From Tubiluchus corallicola (lineage: Eukaryota > Animalia > Priapulida), in assembly GCA_030141605.1 (NCBI GenBank), contig JAQGDQ010000205.1, positions 326,309 through 390,308 on the forward strand: a DNA stretch of 64,000 nucleotides. Direction: 5' to 3'. A model generated the notes under the pieces. The model was not told the DNA's origin and ran no database searches. It worked only from the letters and a program-made list of their open reading frames with translations. Below are positions 1 to 54,244 of the stretch, one piece after another (positions within the stretch are counted from its first letter, which is position 1; each line of letters starts with the position of its first letter). Position numbers and translations under genes: made by a program.

Positions 1-409
1 TAGATCGTCCGAGAAGAAAAGAAACAGGTTGAGTAAAAAGTTAATGAAACTATGACGCTTTCCTCCAGTTTTTTTTCAATTTTTGAATTTGAGTTATTAT
101 GCGGTGCAAGTTTTTCTTCACTATCTATGTATTCTTTGCCTTCTACACTAGCTACCGTTACATTAGTATCATAACCATAACAAATGTATTTAAAAGAATT
201 ATTCTTTTTTAGTTGTTTGTTCTTTATATCATACACTAATAGATCATAACAACTGTATAAAGGGTTTTCTAGATGGTTATACATTCATTCTTTACAAAAT
301 GCAGTACGAAATCATAATAAGTTATCAGAGTAACTTTTGTAAGGCGTTTTGTTTATCATTTGTTTATACTAATTTCTTTCTTTTTTGTTAGTTTGCGTAT
401 ATGAATATA

Positions 410-410
410 C

Positions 411-501
<91 letters not shown>

Positions 502-520
502 GTAGTAGTAGTAGTAATAG
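410..520. repeat. (AAT)n/(AGT)n microsatellite
   Basis: Direct reading. Confidence 0.97.
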
Positions 521-876
521 TAATTTTCTAGTACTTTCGTACTGCAGATATTGCTTAGTAAGCGTACAATGTACATTGATCCATTCGAAAAGTAAGAAAA
601 TAAGTTCTTTGGTGATACATTTTTGTGGCTGCAATTACGAGCAGAAAGTAGTGTTACAGAAGGATGACTGTTGTGACTGCATGTTGGGGGCGGTACTTGG
701 GGTGATCAAAACCTGCAAAAGAGCCTAACGAATGTGTGAAACGGAGGATGTATCTGCACGAGTTTGATCTTGTTTGTGGTGCCTGCCGACGACCGCTCCT
801 TTTAGGTATTCAACTGTGGATTATAATGTCGTATTACTTCTGTTCTCGGCTGCTACATCAGTCTGTATGAGAACAC

Positions 877-1500
877 TAAAGAAAGACAGTATGATTTTTC
901 ATATTCTTCCCCATTTTCAAATCCGATAAAAATATACATTTTAACACTATTAATACTGCAAAAGCGTTTCTGGTAATTAAATTATAGATTAAAAACTTAA
1001 TTAACGGCGGGCGAACCCAATTATTGATGACATCACAAACTAACATAATTTTCAACAGAAAAAATATTCCATGAGGGTGTTGCACGTGTTTGCGAAAGAG
1101 AAAATTGAAGCACAATGTTACTGAAAGATATTCTGTTTGTTGTACTAATACTAGGCAAGTTTTGAGAAAATATTCAATCTTCAAATTTACCGCTGTGCTC
1201 ACGCCTGAGCTTTCAAACGTGTGCAGTTTGTCACAAACTAACACACTGAACTGAGAAGTACAACACAAGTGTTTTTGTGCAATGTGTATCCAAAATGCAG
1301 GGGCTAGTGTCCGTCTAAAAAGCAAATGGCGAAATGCATGCGACAGCAAAAAACTAGTGGCGCGAATGCGAAGTTGTATTTGTGTGGTAATAATTCTTTC
1401 ATGTAAGTCATTTTTGAAAAAATAGTATGCTCCATTTCAATATTTTAAAGACTAGATTGTTTTGACCTACAGTTCAAGTTGGGTTCGGTTAAATTTCGTC
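877..1500 (+). mobile_element. Dispersed ~600-bp non-autonomous DNA transposon, family A (Kolobok-like ends), copy 1
   Basis: Collinear similarity with 5133-5723, 37115-37723 and inverted 40516-41104 (e.g. cttaattaacggcgggcga, gttttgacctacagtt). Confidence 0.8.
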
Positions 1501-1960
1501 TTTCACTATTTTCTAAAACTTACATGCTGTCTTATTGCATATAGAGCTTGCGTTCGCAGTAACGCTGTATAAAACTTGTAAATTTAAACTCCCGCGATAT
1601 GACTGTTAAGCGCAACCATTTGAACGGTAAGGCGTTTGAAAGAAGTTTAAATAACATTGCGTAAAGTGTGAAAAGATAAACAGAGCATCCGTAACGCTGT
1701 TTTCGCTAACTAAGCAAAAGTTTGAATTTTTAATGTTGTCAGTAAGATCAATAACGTGTTTTTTTGGTGAATAAGCGTTGGATACTGGGATGGCGATGCA
1801 GTGCCGTTTTACCAGGTGGCACGAATATTTAAATGATTAAGAATGTTTTTTTCCAATTACGTAAGTCCTTCAAACAGATGAGCGTAATATTCATTAAAAT
1901 AACTTGTATGGAAAGTTTTTTGGGATACAATTTAAAACACACTACTTTTTTTTCATTTAA
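1500..1960 (+). mobile_element. Dispersed repeat family B, copy 1
   Basis: Matches 33990-34440 (aacggtaag.cgtttgaaa, gatggcgatgcag.gccg.tttacca) and inverted 9340-9720. Confidence 0.75.
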
Positions 1961-3299
1961 ATCGTTTCAGCTTTCGTCTTTGTCATTTCAGCATCCAACA
2001 GCCAGCATCGAAGTTCAAAACAAGCAGGAGTAGAACCCCAATCTCTTTGGTGATATTAGCCCTATTTACCGGTAGAGAATTTTTTTTCAAATCTAATGTT
2101 GTCGTTACTTAACACGTCTACTGAGAATGTCCGAGATTTACTCTATGGAGTAAAGAGAGTATGGCATTAAAACCTACTTGGAGTAACGTTTAGCGATAAA
2201 TTGGGTTGGTCCGATCATATTAAACTTAGTAACAAAACGGCAGTCTTCTTCTGTTGGTTACATTAAAGAAAATGTGTTACAGTTTAGAACAACTAAACCC
2301 CACAACATGCTTTTTCATTCATTAGTAGTGCATCACTATTATATGCCTCCGAATTATTGTGCTGTTTGACGGCAGTAGATTTTAAGTTGATAGACAATAA
2401 TATATCGAATAGAGCTAAGAGGGAGAAGTTAAAAAGTCAGATGCACGACCAAAACTATTATTGTTGGAAAAAGATAGCACAATTGTTCAGTAAAGTACAC
2501 AGATTTAATTTTTGGGCTTCTTATGAAAGCACGCTGTTTTTCTTATAACGATATTTTCTTCTATACGGTAGGCATAGCTATTAAGTAATGTCATTTGAAA
2601 TCATTATATAAGTACTTAAGTCATCTATATAACTAAATATTTACGTAAGAGGATCAAATTGGTCAATCCTATTTTTAAATGTTAAATTCTATTACATTTA
2701 TTAGAATAAATAATTTAGATTCTACGAGTTAAATATAAATAAATACATGGGATTTTGTCTTGTTAGTATATGAGATGATGCATTAAAGCAAAAGATACTT
2801 ACGCAATAGGCCTATATACTAAATTGTATATATTAATTTTGGTGGTACATACATTCCGCTTTCTGCGATCTGTATATCAAGCGAAAGGCCTCGACCCGGT
2901 GATGTGGTGTGGGTGGTGTGGAGGGGGTGGCGTTGTGTGGGTTGTTGTGTGCCAAATTCTTTTTGCGGGGTTTGGATAGTTCATTAATTAATTTTCAACG
3001 TCACATGTCATTAAAAATGTATGGTTCGGAGCAGAATTTGTTTCCTTTTTAGTTCAGCACCTAGCTAGGTACAGGGCCCCTTCATGTCGTAAAGACATTG
3101 GTGACTTTTATCCTGGAAATCAAACCAGTTTTTTCCACGTTAGCACAACTTGATCTGTTTAAGGAAGTACGTCAACAGATACTGGTCTCGCTGTCACTAA
3201 CAAATTAGTTATGTGAATGATATTAGAAACCCAGACTTTATTAAATTTTGATGTGAAACTAGAAAGAAAGACAAGAAACATAAAAAAACTAAAAACGTA

Positions 3300-3380
3300 A
3301 TGCGATCTGGATTTGAACTAGGGACCTTCTGCTTACAGTGCACATACCTTAAACCATAACAGGCCACCGTATTCCACAGT
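3300..3380 (-). mobile_element. Degenerate tRNA-like (Pol III A/B box) repeat head
   Basis: Minus strand ggtggcctgttatgg ... gttcaaatcc; a related copy lies on + near 34545-34790. Confidence 0.5.
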
Positions 3381-4289
3381 GATCAAGACAATCCAAAGTT
3401 CATCCCTTATACCTGGTCAATCAAATTCAACATTTCCAATGTTAGGTCGCTCTCACCAGAGCGTTTAAAGCTAATTAGAGTATTTTTATTTAGATTAATT
3501 TTGAGTTTAGAATATGCACAGGTGATTAATTTATCACATGTCTAGTTCATCAACTTCAGTGGTCTCTTACCTAGTTTGGGGTGGTTTATGTACAAATCCA
3601 TTAACACGGAAAGCTATATCAGAATGCTTTTAATTTTAACTTAAAACCTGCAGACACGTCGACATTTTACAACTAACTTCGTCCTTTTTCCGTTGTACTA
3701 AATCAGCAATTTTTTTATGATAGCGTCCAAAAGCTGTCGAGTACAGTCACTAAGGCTTAATTATTGTTACTGTGACATTCCAGTTCAACTCTGGGCAACA
3801 CTGTACCCAGGTGTGCTGATTGACTCTTCTCATACAGGTAAAACAATGCGTGGAATAAAACCGATTAAACGTAACGCAATGTAGGTTGTTCTGACTCGAA
3901 TCTATTATTTCAGCGCAATGTATCTGAATGGGGTCTACTGTATATGGAATGTAATACAAATGAATTAACAATTAGTATGGATTTCAGGTATATTGTGCGA
4001 AGTGTATCAATTGTTATACTGTACTTGAAATACCGCCATAGTAAAATAGTTTAAATAATAGTATTAAATATGTATTATGTACAATATTATTATTTAAACT
4101 GTGCTACCGCCTATTTCTCAGAGTAATTTGCAACCAAGGTCCGAGTGAAACATAACATTACATTCATGAAAATAAAATATTATAATAACAAAATGTAGAT
4201 GTTCAAATGTATTAATTTTTGGCTTGTTGCAGAATTCATATTTTATTGCACGTTTATGTTGCTTTAATCACGTTCAGTCTTTAATGCAA

Positions 4290-4470
4290 AGAAGAAAGAC
4301 AAAGACAAGATTTATTTACCGTCGTTCAGTAACGGACAACATTAGCACTATGGCTATAACGTTAACACCTACAGGCATGAGTGCCTGTCATTTCATTGGC
4401 AGCCGCTAGTATCGAACTCAAGACTACGTAGTTGCCGTTCGAAGTCTACACCACTCAGCCACACAACCCA
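4290..4470 (-). mobile_element. tRNA-derived SINE (~180 bp)
   Basis: Minus strand: A box TGGCTGAGTGG, B box GAGTTCGATAC, 3' end ctgaacgacggtaaataaa plus a simple-repeat tail. Confidence 0.75.
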
Positions 4471-4713
4471 GGACAAATATTGTTGCAGAAAATATTGTTA
4501 CAAATTTATTAAATTTGTTTTTTGTGATTTTTTTCTATTTTTGTTTAATCTGACTTCAAGCTTTGCTTTATTATTTGCATGCGCGGTTCCTTATTTGATC
4601 ACGTTTTTGCTAGTCATTTATTTGTTCGTGTATAAGTTAATTCATTCTTTCGTACATTCACTTAGTCCTTTATTTACTCATCTTATTTATCGTTAATTAT
4701 GTCCTATATATAC

Positions 4714-4716
<3 letters not shown>

Positions 4717-4785
<69 letters not shown>
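4717..4785. repeat. (TA)n microsatellite
   Basis: Direct reading. Confidence 0.97.
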
Positions 4786-4788
<3 letters not shown>

Positions 4789-5132
4789 CAGCCTTACTGA
4801 CAAGCAGTTTACATGAAGTCGGAGCAGTGTGACAAGTCAAAATCCAGCTGTATGTCAACCTAAACCCTGACACAGTTATGAGGTGATAATCTTTTGTAAA
4901 CAGATCAGCTCTTATATCATATAAATCCGGATTAACTGATATTCTCGTCTCGCCATATCCGTCTGCGTCATCATTATTATCTAAAAAATATGTACGCAAC
5001 ACAGCAAACTTGCCCAACCCAGGACTCACGCCATCTTGTTTGCGACTTCATAATGTTTACGTTGTCGTTGTTTTCACGTAAATCTGTGATAGAATTATTG
5101 TAAACAATCATAGTTTCCAGTCAGATTGAGTG

Positions 5133-5723
5133 TTAAAGGAAGAGAGGATGATTTTCCACATACCATCCCATTTTCAAGTAAGGTAAAAAGTATACATTTA
5201 AACACCAATAATAATGCAAAACGTTCCTAATAATTTAATAATAGATTAAAAACTTAATTAACGGCGGGCGAGCTCAACTATTGATGACATCACAAACGAA
5301 CATAACTTCCAACATCAAAGACATTCAACGAGCATCTTGCACGTGTTTGCGAAATCGAAAATTGAAGTACAGCACTACTGTAAAATTTTCTGTGTGTTTT
5401 ACTAAAACTAGAAATGTTTTAAGATAAAAATTCAAAATTACAGCTGTGTTCACGCATGAGCTGTCGAACGCGGACAGTTTGTCACGGACGAACACCTCTG
5501 AACTGAGAGGTACAGCACCTGCTTTTTTAGGCAATGCGTTTCCGAAATGCAGGCGCTAGTGCCTGTCTAACAGCGAGGTACTAGTGGCGCGAACGCGAAA
5601 TTGCGTTTGCGTTATTAATTCTTTTACGTAAGTCATTTCTATGAACAGTATGTTTCCTTTTAATATATTAAAAAGTAGATTGTTTTGACCTACAGTTTAA
5701 GATTGGGTCCAGTTTCGCTTTGA
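5133..5723 (+). mobile_element. Family A DNA transposon, copy 2
   Basis: Starts TTAA-AGG, ends ...gtttcgctttgaa; collinear with 877-1500. Confidence 0.8.
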
Positions 5724-7338
5724 AATACAATAAAATAAAATAAACGCAAATATCCGACGCCAGTTAGAACGTTTAGCAAAAAATCGTGTATCGTGAATGT
5801 TATTAATGTATAGATCTATTACAGTCCAGTCAAACAGATTCTGACTGAAGTTTTGTCTGATTGTTCAAGAACCTGAAAAAGTCTGAGCAGTTAGAGCAGC
5901 TAAATTCCTAGCTGTTGCAAAATAACAGACGTGCAAAGCGTCAAGAAATCCTTGACCCTCCCCTCTATATCGAATAAAATGAAATGATAAATAAAAATTG
6001 ACAAAACCACGAGAAAAGTTTTTAATTTTGATCAAGGAACACTTATTTTAGGATCCGTCATTGTCGCCATTCGCAACTCTGGCTGTTACTATAGTAAATG
6101 CTGTGTTAGTGGTCTCATAAACCTTGGTGGCTCAGAAATTTCTGTTAATGCAAAATGCAAAATGGCACTCACTGAACTTATACTTAATTTGCAGCTTGTT
6201 TATTTATCTCTATAGAGAAGAGATAGACGCTGTTTTCAATTTGCTTGCACAGTAAACGCAGGTTCGAATCGTTATGAATCGAAGATCGTTATGACTTTAA
6301 GATACGAAGATACGATGACGCTGTCCTCATATATCACGAAACGCATTTTGAAAAAAATCTACCATAAGTATCGCAGAATTTAATAACAAAAACTATAGCG
6401 TCAATTACAGGAAAATATAAATTTATTAGGAAAGAGAAACGGTCAATAAGGTGGCTTCGATTATTAGATAACCTAGATTAGCTGGGAAAATTTGAATTAT
6501 TTTAGTTATTGATGAACCAGATAGTAAACATCGCATCTTGGAACTTATTTTAAAGCTCATCTATGTTTATTTTCATAATTGTATAAACAACATAAGTAGA
6601 TATGTAGACTTATAGATTATATAAGTCTATATCTACATTATATGTAGATATGGCGATATCATAAAGAACATACACGTGCATAGGTTTAAAGCCTGTAGAA
6701 GGTTCAATAAACGCGTATTTATGCTAGTTAAATATTTATTATTTTTTAAAAATTAATGCAGTATTTATTTAGTTTTTAGAATTATTATTGTTGACTAATT
6801 TTTTTTGGTGATTATACTTTAAAAATGAGTAAATAATTAATCATTGGGCTTTCCGCTGCTGCTGCTGGCAGCCATAAAACTGATTATGATGATGCTGTTT
6901 TTAATGCTTCACTACGGCATTGATGATTATTACTGTAAGAAAGCTGCTGCACTGCTGCTGCTGCTGTTAATGATGATGATGTGATGATGACGACGACGAC
7001 GACGATGATGGTGATGATGGCAACACTAACGACACTGTTGCTGGTGATGGCAATACATTTTGCAGACGTTGTTGATCGAGCTGCTGGTTGCTTTCATTAT
7101 TCCTTGATGATGATGACAGTGGTACTTGTGCTTTTGTTGTGTCTACCGGCAAGGATAATAATGATGATTATGATATGATTATCAAATGCTACTGTTCCTG
7201 CTTGGTGGTGATGATATATATATATATATCATCACCAAGCAGGAACAGCATATATCATCACCAAGCAGGAACAGCAGCATTAGATAATATACAGATATAT
7301 ATGTATATACTACCTATATTACTATCAAAATCACTTAC

Positions 7339-7775
7339 CTTCCTTGCTTAGTGATGATCATCTCTGTCGTGTGCTCATGAAATTTCATCCAAAGTTCCCT
7401 GTTTACAAGTTGTACACATACTTTCTCATAGAAGTCAACCGGGTACACAGGCTGTTGGATTTGAAGATTAGACTGTTCGTGCGGACTGTACTGCCCCGGA
7501 TACCCGGTGCCGTCCCGGGCGTACGGTTTGTACGAAATCTGTCCAACTTCTGGCTTCTCGCCGTACTCATGATAACTGCAAGACGGCGAAATACCCGGAA
7601 CTGTCTGTGTTGTCTCTATATCCTGCGGGCTTGACATAGGAGCAACACTGTAGTAGCCTCCAGACTCGTAGTAGCCGGTACTCGGTGGGCCTGCAGGAGT
7701 TTCTGTGTAGTAAGTCCCTAAAGGGTATCCGTAGCCTTGCTCTGCGCAAGAGGGTAGCGTTTGCTGATGAAGCAT
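7339..7775 (-). CDS. Tbr1/Eomes: T-brain/Eomesodermin-subfamily T-box transcription factor, coding exon 1 (N-terminal region and start of T-box)
   Basis: ORF from ATG 7775 ends ...VNRELWMKFHEHTTEMIITKQGR, matching the Tbr1/Eomes T-box start (LWxKFHxHxTEMIITKQGR). Donor AG|gtaagt after 7339 splits the Arg codon, a typical T-box intron position. No RMFP-type exon seen in 1-7338. Confidence 0.9.
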
Positions 7776-9339
7776 AGCGATGATATTCTCACAGACGTAT
7801 GTTTAACACAAGTGGTCACCTAACACTGCAGGCCCCCCTTACCTGAGCTGAAGGAGCAGTGGCTGCGGCTCATGAATGGAACTCGTTGCTGACTGGCTGA
7901 CCATCAATCGCCTCTTCGATCTGATTTGTTGAGTGACAGCTCTCCCGCTGTGTCTGTCTGCAAACTGCCCGTTGAGCTGGTTCCATTATGTGGCAAGTTA
8001 GCGAAGCTCGTTTGGAACGTTTAATAACTTTTGGCAAAAAGTATTAAAGAGTAATGTAACATAGATTGTCATATTTTTAAATATGACTAAAAGTGTCTCA
8101 GTGTCAACAAACCGCTTCAACTGGCCACATGTTTTTTTTTATAATCACGTTTTTGTATAAGTTCGTTTGCGCTTTCTTTTCTGTTTTTCAGATGAAGATA
8201 ATTCACAATGGAAGACTAAAACGTCGTGTCTTTTCTGCTTTCTCTGCTTATTTATTTTTTATTCTTTTTCTTTTGCTATTGTATCTTCGTGGCTTCAAGA
8301 ATTATCCTTTGTGTCTTTTTACCGGTTTTGTCACGAAGGCATATTTATTTCATCACAATTACAAATGCATACCCTCCGCCAAAAATACTAGTATTCTGAT
8401 TAATATTAATTAATTTGAATATAAGTTCATGTCAGTTTTGGTTTAGATTAACATGTCAGAAACGTTTGTAATTCAAAACTACTTTTCAGAAATGAAACTT
8501 TTTCTCATAAGGCATGATATGAAGAGTGAATGTCACTGGTAAAATGGATGTCGTGTAGGATGGTGAATAATATTATTAAATGGTCGATTGTGCCAACTAT
8601 TTCACACAAAATGCCGCACCCTCGAACTGGATACGCCGCGATACTCCTCCTAAAATATACAGCTGGTTGCGTCAGCTTTATGTAGATCTTACGCCTTGGT
8701 TAATAGACTTCAATAAGTGGACAATAAGGCAAAGAGATTTCCAGCTACGTCACACTGGTCACTCCAGTCTGGTCATTAAGGGTGTGAAAAACAAGAATAA
8801 TTAGACCAGCTCAGACTGTCTGCTGCTGGTGGTTTAGAAAAGCTGTACAGACGTCAAATCTACCATTGTTGTCTTCTGAGAACTTCTTTAATCAAAATAA
8901 CATCTCAATGTTTAGGACACTGGATGTGGTAGTCATTTCTTCAGTTTAATCTCGATCTTTCAATAAACTTCTTACATATTTGCTTAGTAGGCTTATTTTG
9001 CTTTTGATATTTACTTTTCTTTGTCGTTTATCGAATAATTTGCGTACAAGTCCGTAGTATAGAAAGTCGTTACTTCATTTACTTAAAAAACGACGGGAAA
9101 GGGGGTACCTGAAGTAGCTTTCAGAAAAATCGCTTCAAAAAATTATATTACTTTACAGCAATATTCTGCATATATCGTACTCGCGTTAAAAAGAATTTTT
9201 GTTTGTTTTCATTTTAAATCTCCCCGCAATGCTGTTTCGAAGGCGCCATTACATGAGGGCATCACAAAAGTAAATCAGGGGAAGAAAAGGCAATGTTAAA
9301 TTTTATCCCAAAAAAAACGTCCATGCAAATCTATTTTAC

Positions 9340-9720
9340 TTAGCATTTCGCTTACCTGCTGAAAAGACATGTAACCAGAAAGAATAATTTAAAATATTCG
9401 TACCAAGTGATAAAATTTCGCTGACGCACCCTCCAGGGGTGACTAACTAAAAGATGTATTTTTGATCTTATTGACAAGATACAGTAATTTAAAATTTTAC
9501 TTAGTAACATGTGTGCTACGAATGCTCTGATTATTTTTTCAAACTTCACACAATGTTATCTAAACTTGTTTAAAACGTCCCATTAAAATCGCTGTACCTA
9601 AAGGTCATCGCGGGAGATTAAATTTACACATTTTATACAGCGCAAGCCCTGCACGCAAAAAGGCTGTGTGTAAGTAGTATAAAATTTCAAGACGAACATT
9701 TCAAGATTTATGTGTTTTCT
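9340..9720 (-). mobile_element. Family B repeat, inverted copy
   Basis: 9605 tcatcgcgggagattaaatttacacattttatacagcg is the reverse complement of 1560-1600. Confidence 0.65.
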
Positions 9721-11916
9721 TGTGCTTTAAAAAGTATAGGCACTGACCACTTTATAAGCACTAGTGTTAAAAGAAGCATTGGGATATGAGCAATCAAAAC
9801 TAATTATGCTGTCCATGTTATTCAACAAAATAATGACAAGCGCCAAAGTGACTCTCGCAAAAAAGTTGTATTTTTAGGTTTAAAATTTTGTTTTAAAATT
9901 GCATTTTTTGGCTGCAAGTTTTCTTTAACCTCAAAGCATACTTATCTATTTCACTCAATAGATCTCTCACTGGAGGAAAGAACATTGATTTAGTTCACAC
10001 AAATATTTTTGCCAGATGTTTAATTATAGGCGTAATTCAAGATTTTTTTGCCACATTAAAATTCGACTGCATTGAAGAAAGTGTCTACCTAATTAATCAT
10101 TTACTTATTGAATGCAGAGGCAGAGCCAGGGATTTATCACTGATCAACCAAGCACACAATAGAATCTGCTTCTTTCGCTGACCACGCAAGCATTCTCTAG
10201 AGCCAAGACTCCAAACAAGTCGTCAAATGTCAACAGCAAAATGCAAGGAGTGCTGTTGTCAAAATAATAATATCACTGTTCTTACCAGTTTTGTTCGGTT
10301 TAACCAGAGAAGAACGATCGTCCTTAAAATCGGGTTCAAATCCAAAACATGTAACTTTATCAAGTGAGAAAATAAAAAAGTCATCGTAACGGAAACAAAA
10401 AATTTAAACTGATAAGTAAATTGATTAAAAGTAAAAGCACGTGGTAGTGTTATGACCATAAAAAATATGGAAAAGTTAATCAAAATAATATGAAATAAAA
10501 TAAGAAAACATGTGCCTCTGAATTTGGTCTTTGCAAAGATGCTGAAATTTGAGTTAGACAGATCATAGATGTGTTTGAAACAACATTGCCTAATATGGGC
10601 TACAAATAGTTAACACTTTCTTCAACTTGCTCCTTGAGACCTCACCAGGTAGTTCTTCAGTTGTACTCAGGTAGTTCAGCTTGAATAAATGATTTACACC
10701 TAGTCCAGGGCTCACGCGGGCACATATTACCTATGAGAGACAATACTTGCAATCACCTGCATTGTATACATGTAATTAGAGAACAATGGTCTGCCCAGGT
10801 GTGATGAGCTCAACTGGGCGGGCAACCAATCATTGATTAAATCATTCAAGAGCTCTTCAATTAACTATAAAAGTAACATGTTGTTTTTATTCTTCCTTGC
10901 CAGTTTCTACTGTCGTCCCTGATTGACAGGACTGCTCTTAGTTTGTTTTAATATTAACTAGCAGTATGGGAAACCTTCATACAATAATAAATATCAAGTA
11001 GAAACTAAAATTTAGGACATAACTGTTTGCTAATGCCTATATAATTGCAATTACAATGCACAAACTGAAGATCTGTTGGTTATGCTGTTATTGCCTACGT
11101 TCTTTTCCGTACTTCCCATAATTATGATTTCCCATATTGAAATTTTTACCACCAAGGAGAGGCACATGCAGTCTTGAGGACAGATTTCTTCTTTCAAAAT
11201 TTTGCCTGCCCAGTGTCTACAATAGACGTAATAAGCATAAAATATACACGCCTTCACGCACATGCGCGCGCACACACACACACACGCACATGATAGGCTA
11301 GTTATTTTAGTCACGGATAAATCTCTTGTACAGGCTGATGTTACTTAATTTTTAAGTGTCAGTAGTTTTCAAATATTTCATTAATCGAATGTTTTTGTTA
11401 GCAACATTAAATAATTAACCGGTACTCAGAATATTCACCCAGTCAGTAGTTATTTCATTAGAACATCAATGTTTTTAATAAACGCAAATGCACAATAGTC
11501 GCAAATCAGTCGTAAAATTGTACTAAGTTGAAAAGGCCAGTAAATAACTGTCCATTTTGACTTGGATATTAGAATGCTATATACATAAATTGTATTGTCT
11601 ATCAGCAGACCAAAGTATAAATAGTCACAAATCAGTCATTATAGGCTTATTCTACTCTGTGTCCTGCTTGTATTTTTGGGCAATATCGTGCTGTAATCTA
11701 TACCTATATAACATTGTTTATGTTTCTTTTCGATTCTGTGCAAAGCACCGATAATCCAAACCATTTTGTATATGGCATAGACACAGAGTTATCACATACA
11801 ACTATTTTTATCATTTAGACATAATTTAGAAAGAGTTTCAATTTAGTTCAGCACTATTTAAGAGCTAATATTTGTCGTTATCTGCACATGAACATTAAGT
11901 TTCTCTCAATTCCTGT

Positions 11917-12124
11917 CCAATGTCATTTTAAATAGAGAATTGGTATGAATTTGCAATGTGGTCTGATACAGGAATCCCCAATGTCATTTTAAATAAAGAA
12001 CTGGTATGAATTTGCGATGTGGTCTGATACAGGTATCTCCACTGTCATTTTAAATAGAGAACTCGTATGAATTTGCGATGTAGTCTGATACAGGTATCTC
12101 CAATGTCATTTTAAATAGAGAACT
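11917..12124. repeat. 61-bp minisatellite, ~3.4 copies, in the predicted GRL101 3'UTR
   Basis: Unit ccaatgtcattttaaatagagaa...gtctgatacagg starts at 11917, 11978, 12039 and 12100. Confidence 0.95.
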
Positions 12125-12163
12125 ACAGAATTGCTATATTTGCGATTATTTTTAAAGACAGCT

Positions 12164-52558
<40,395 letters not shown>

Positions 52559-54244
52559 CTGAAATTTACAACATCACTTATTTACGAGAAAAGGTTGCAA
52601 ATAACACCAGCTGCAGGTATAGTCAGTTGCATAGTCAGCTGAAAAACAATTCTGCTCAGTTTTTTCTTATTGTTTTCATTTTTATTGCTTCCATGTAATT
52701 TGACAATCAGGGAAAAGAAGAAAAAGATATCGAGGGACAGCTGTCTCTTTTTTACATCAGATCAAATAAACTGATTCACACTTTCTCCAACTGTAACATC
52801 CAGGTCAAACGATTTTTATTTGTGTCTCATTGTACAAATTTTTATTGCTCATCACTTTGGCAATACTTTTATTATTATAGTTTTAAACATATAAAAGTCG
52901 GTTGTAATAACGAAACGCATGCTTTTTAAACAACCCTTCGATTGCTCTGGCAGAAGCATGGGTCTTAATCTCACATTGCCTTATTTTGATGTCATTTTAC
53001 GGAAAAAATATTTATAGTCTAAGATGCGTCTTTTTAATAGTTATAACAGTTTGATAAACGAAATTTTTCACAGTGATTGTATTTTTTTATCAAAAATTTA
53101 TCAATATCGGATAAATCAGGTATATACAGAAAACATATATTGTTTCAAATCTTTAATCTTGTACGTGTATTTTACCAAATTTTTTATCTGTAAATAATTT
53201 TGTTATGGTAGTATTTCATGTGTGTGTGACATGGTAGCTATCGTGCATATGTAGTACTTTTCATTCTGTGTAGGTTGATATTACGGGTTTTTACGTAGAA
53301 TAAAGTGCATCTTACCTTTTATCCTTTTTATTTTCTTATAAAGAATTAGTGTTATTTCGAGCTCTGCCTCGCATCACTGATATATTTTGTTAATCACGTT
53401 AACCGCCTACACACCATTACTGCATAGCGAGGATAGTAAACACTCATGCACTCAAACTCCTAAACCGTGAAATTTGATTAGCAAAGACGAAAACAGGCTC
53501 CACGGTACTTTTTTTTTGATAAATGTTTGAATGATTTGCTGAAACATTCTATTGCAATGCGAATATATGGCCATAAGCTGCTTGTTCGACGTGTTTCTGT
53601 GTTAAGCAGAATGTTCTAACTGTTTGCACTGTGCTAATTAGGCATGCATCGTCTTTTGCGTACATAGAAAATGCTTTCAAGTTTAATTAATTTAACTATT
53701 TTCAAGCACTCCATGCTATTTAATTTACGACTGCTGCTCATTTATGAGTATAGATAAATTATCTTTTGTGAAGAGAATTTTTTAAGTTTCTTTTAAGGAT
53801 TTTAAGTTGCTTTTTTCTCGTTCAATGATAAAATTTTTACTGCCCATATATTTGTTTTATAACTGTGATTGTTAATATATTGCAAATTACTTTACTTTGT
53901 ATTATATGGCTAGCATAAGTGCTATGTACCAACTGCAATTTTCTTTTATAAAAATGTATTTTATAGATGATGTTAAATAAAAAATAAAATAGATATCTAT
54001 TTGGTATCGTTTTCAAACTAATATTTTTGTTGCTAGTTACTCAAACTGTTGTTGAAATCATATCCGTAAGCTGCATTTTGATTCTAACACTTAACAGTAG
54101 AGGTCTCTCAATGGGTTACAGCGCTTCAAAATATTGAATAGTTTTGCGCCATTTTATCAGCAAACGAAGTCGGCTGTATGTAGTGAATAACTAATAGACT
54201 GATAGATAGATAATAATTATTACTTATTAATTATTATTATCACT

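Noticed and set aside
356-634. Poly-Leu/Tyr ORFs, and similar homopolymeric ORFs at 6967-7178, 21859-22569, 28018-28791, 35718-36095, 39405-39640, 43371-43731, 44839-45193 and 51970-52383
   Set aside because: They are translations of microsatellites or low-complexity DNA, with no domain signal or splice support.
876-1349. 157-aa ORF and related ORFs at 5325-5534 and 37387-37641
   Set aside because: They fall in family A repeat copies whose frames are not conserved between copies; no protein motif.
3300-3380. Possible tRNA gene
   Set aside because: A/B boxes are present but the acceptor stem and cloverleaf do not pair; treated as repeat-derived.
1-7338. Downstream T-box exons (RMFP..., etc.)
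   Set aside because: No recognisable T-box coding segment on the minus strand; the acceptor-like site near 713 leads to short non-T-box frames.
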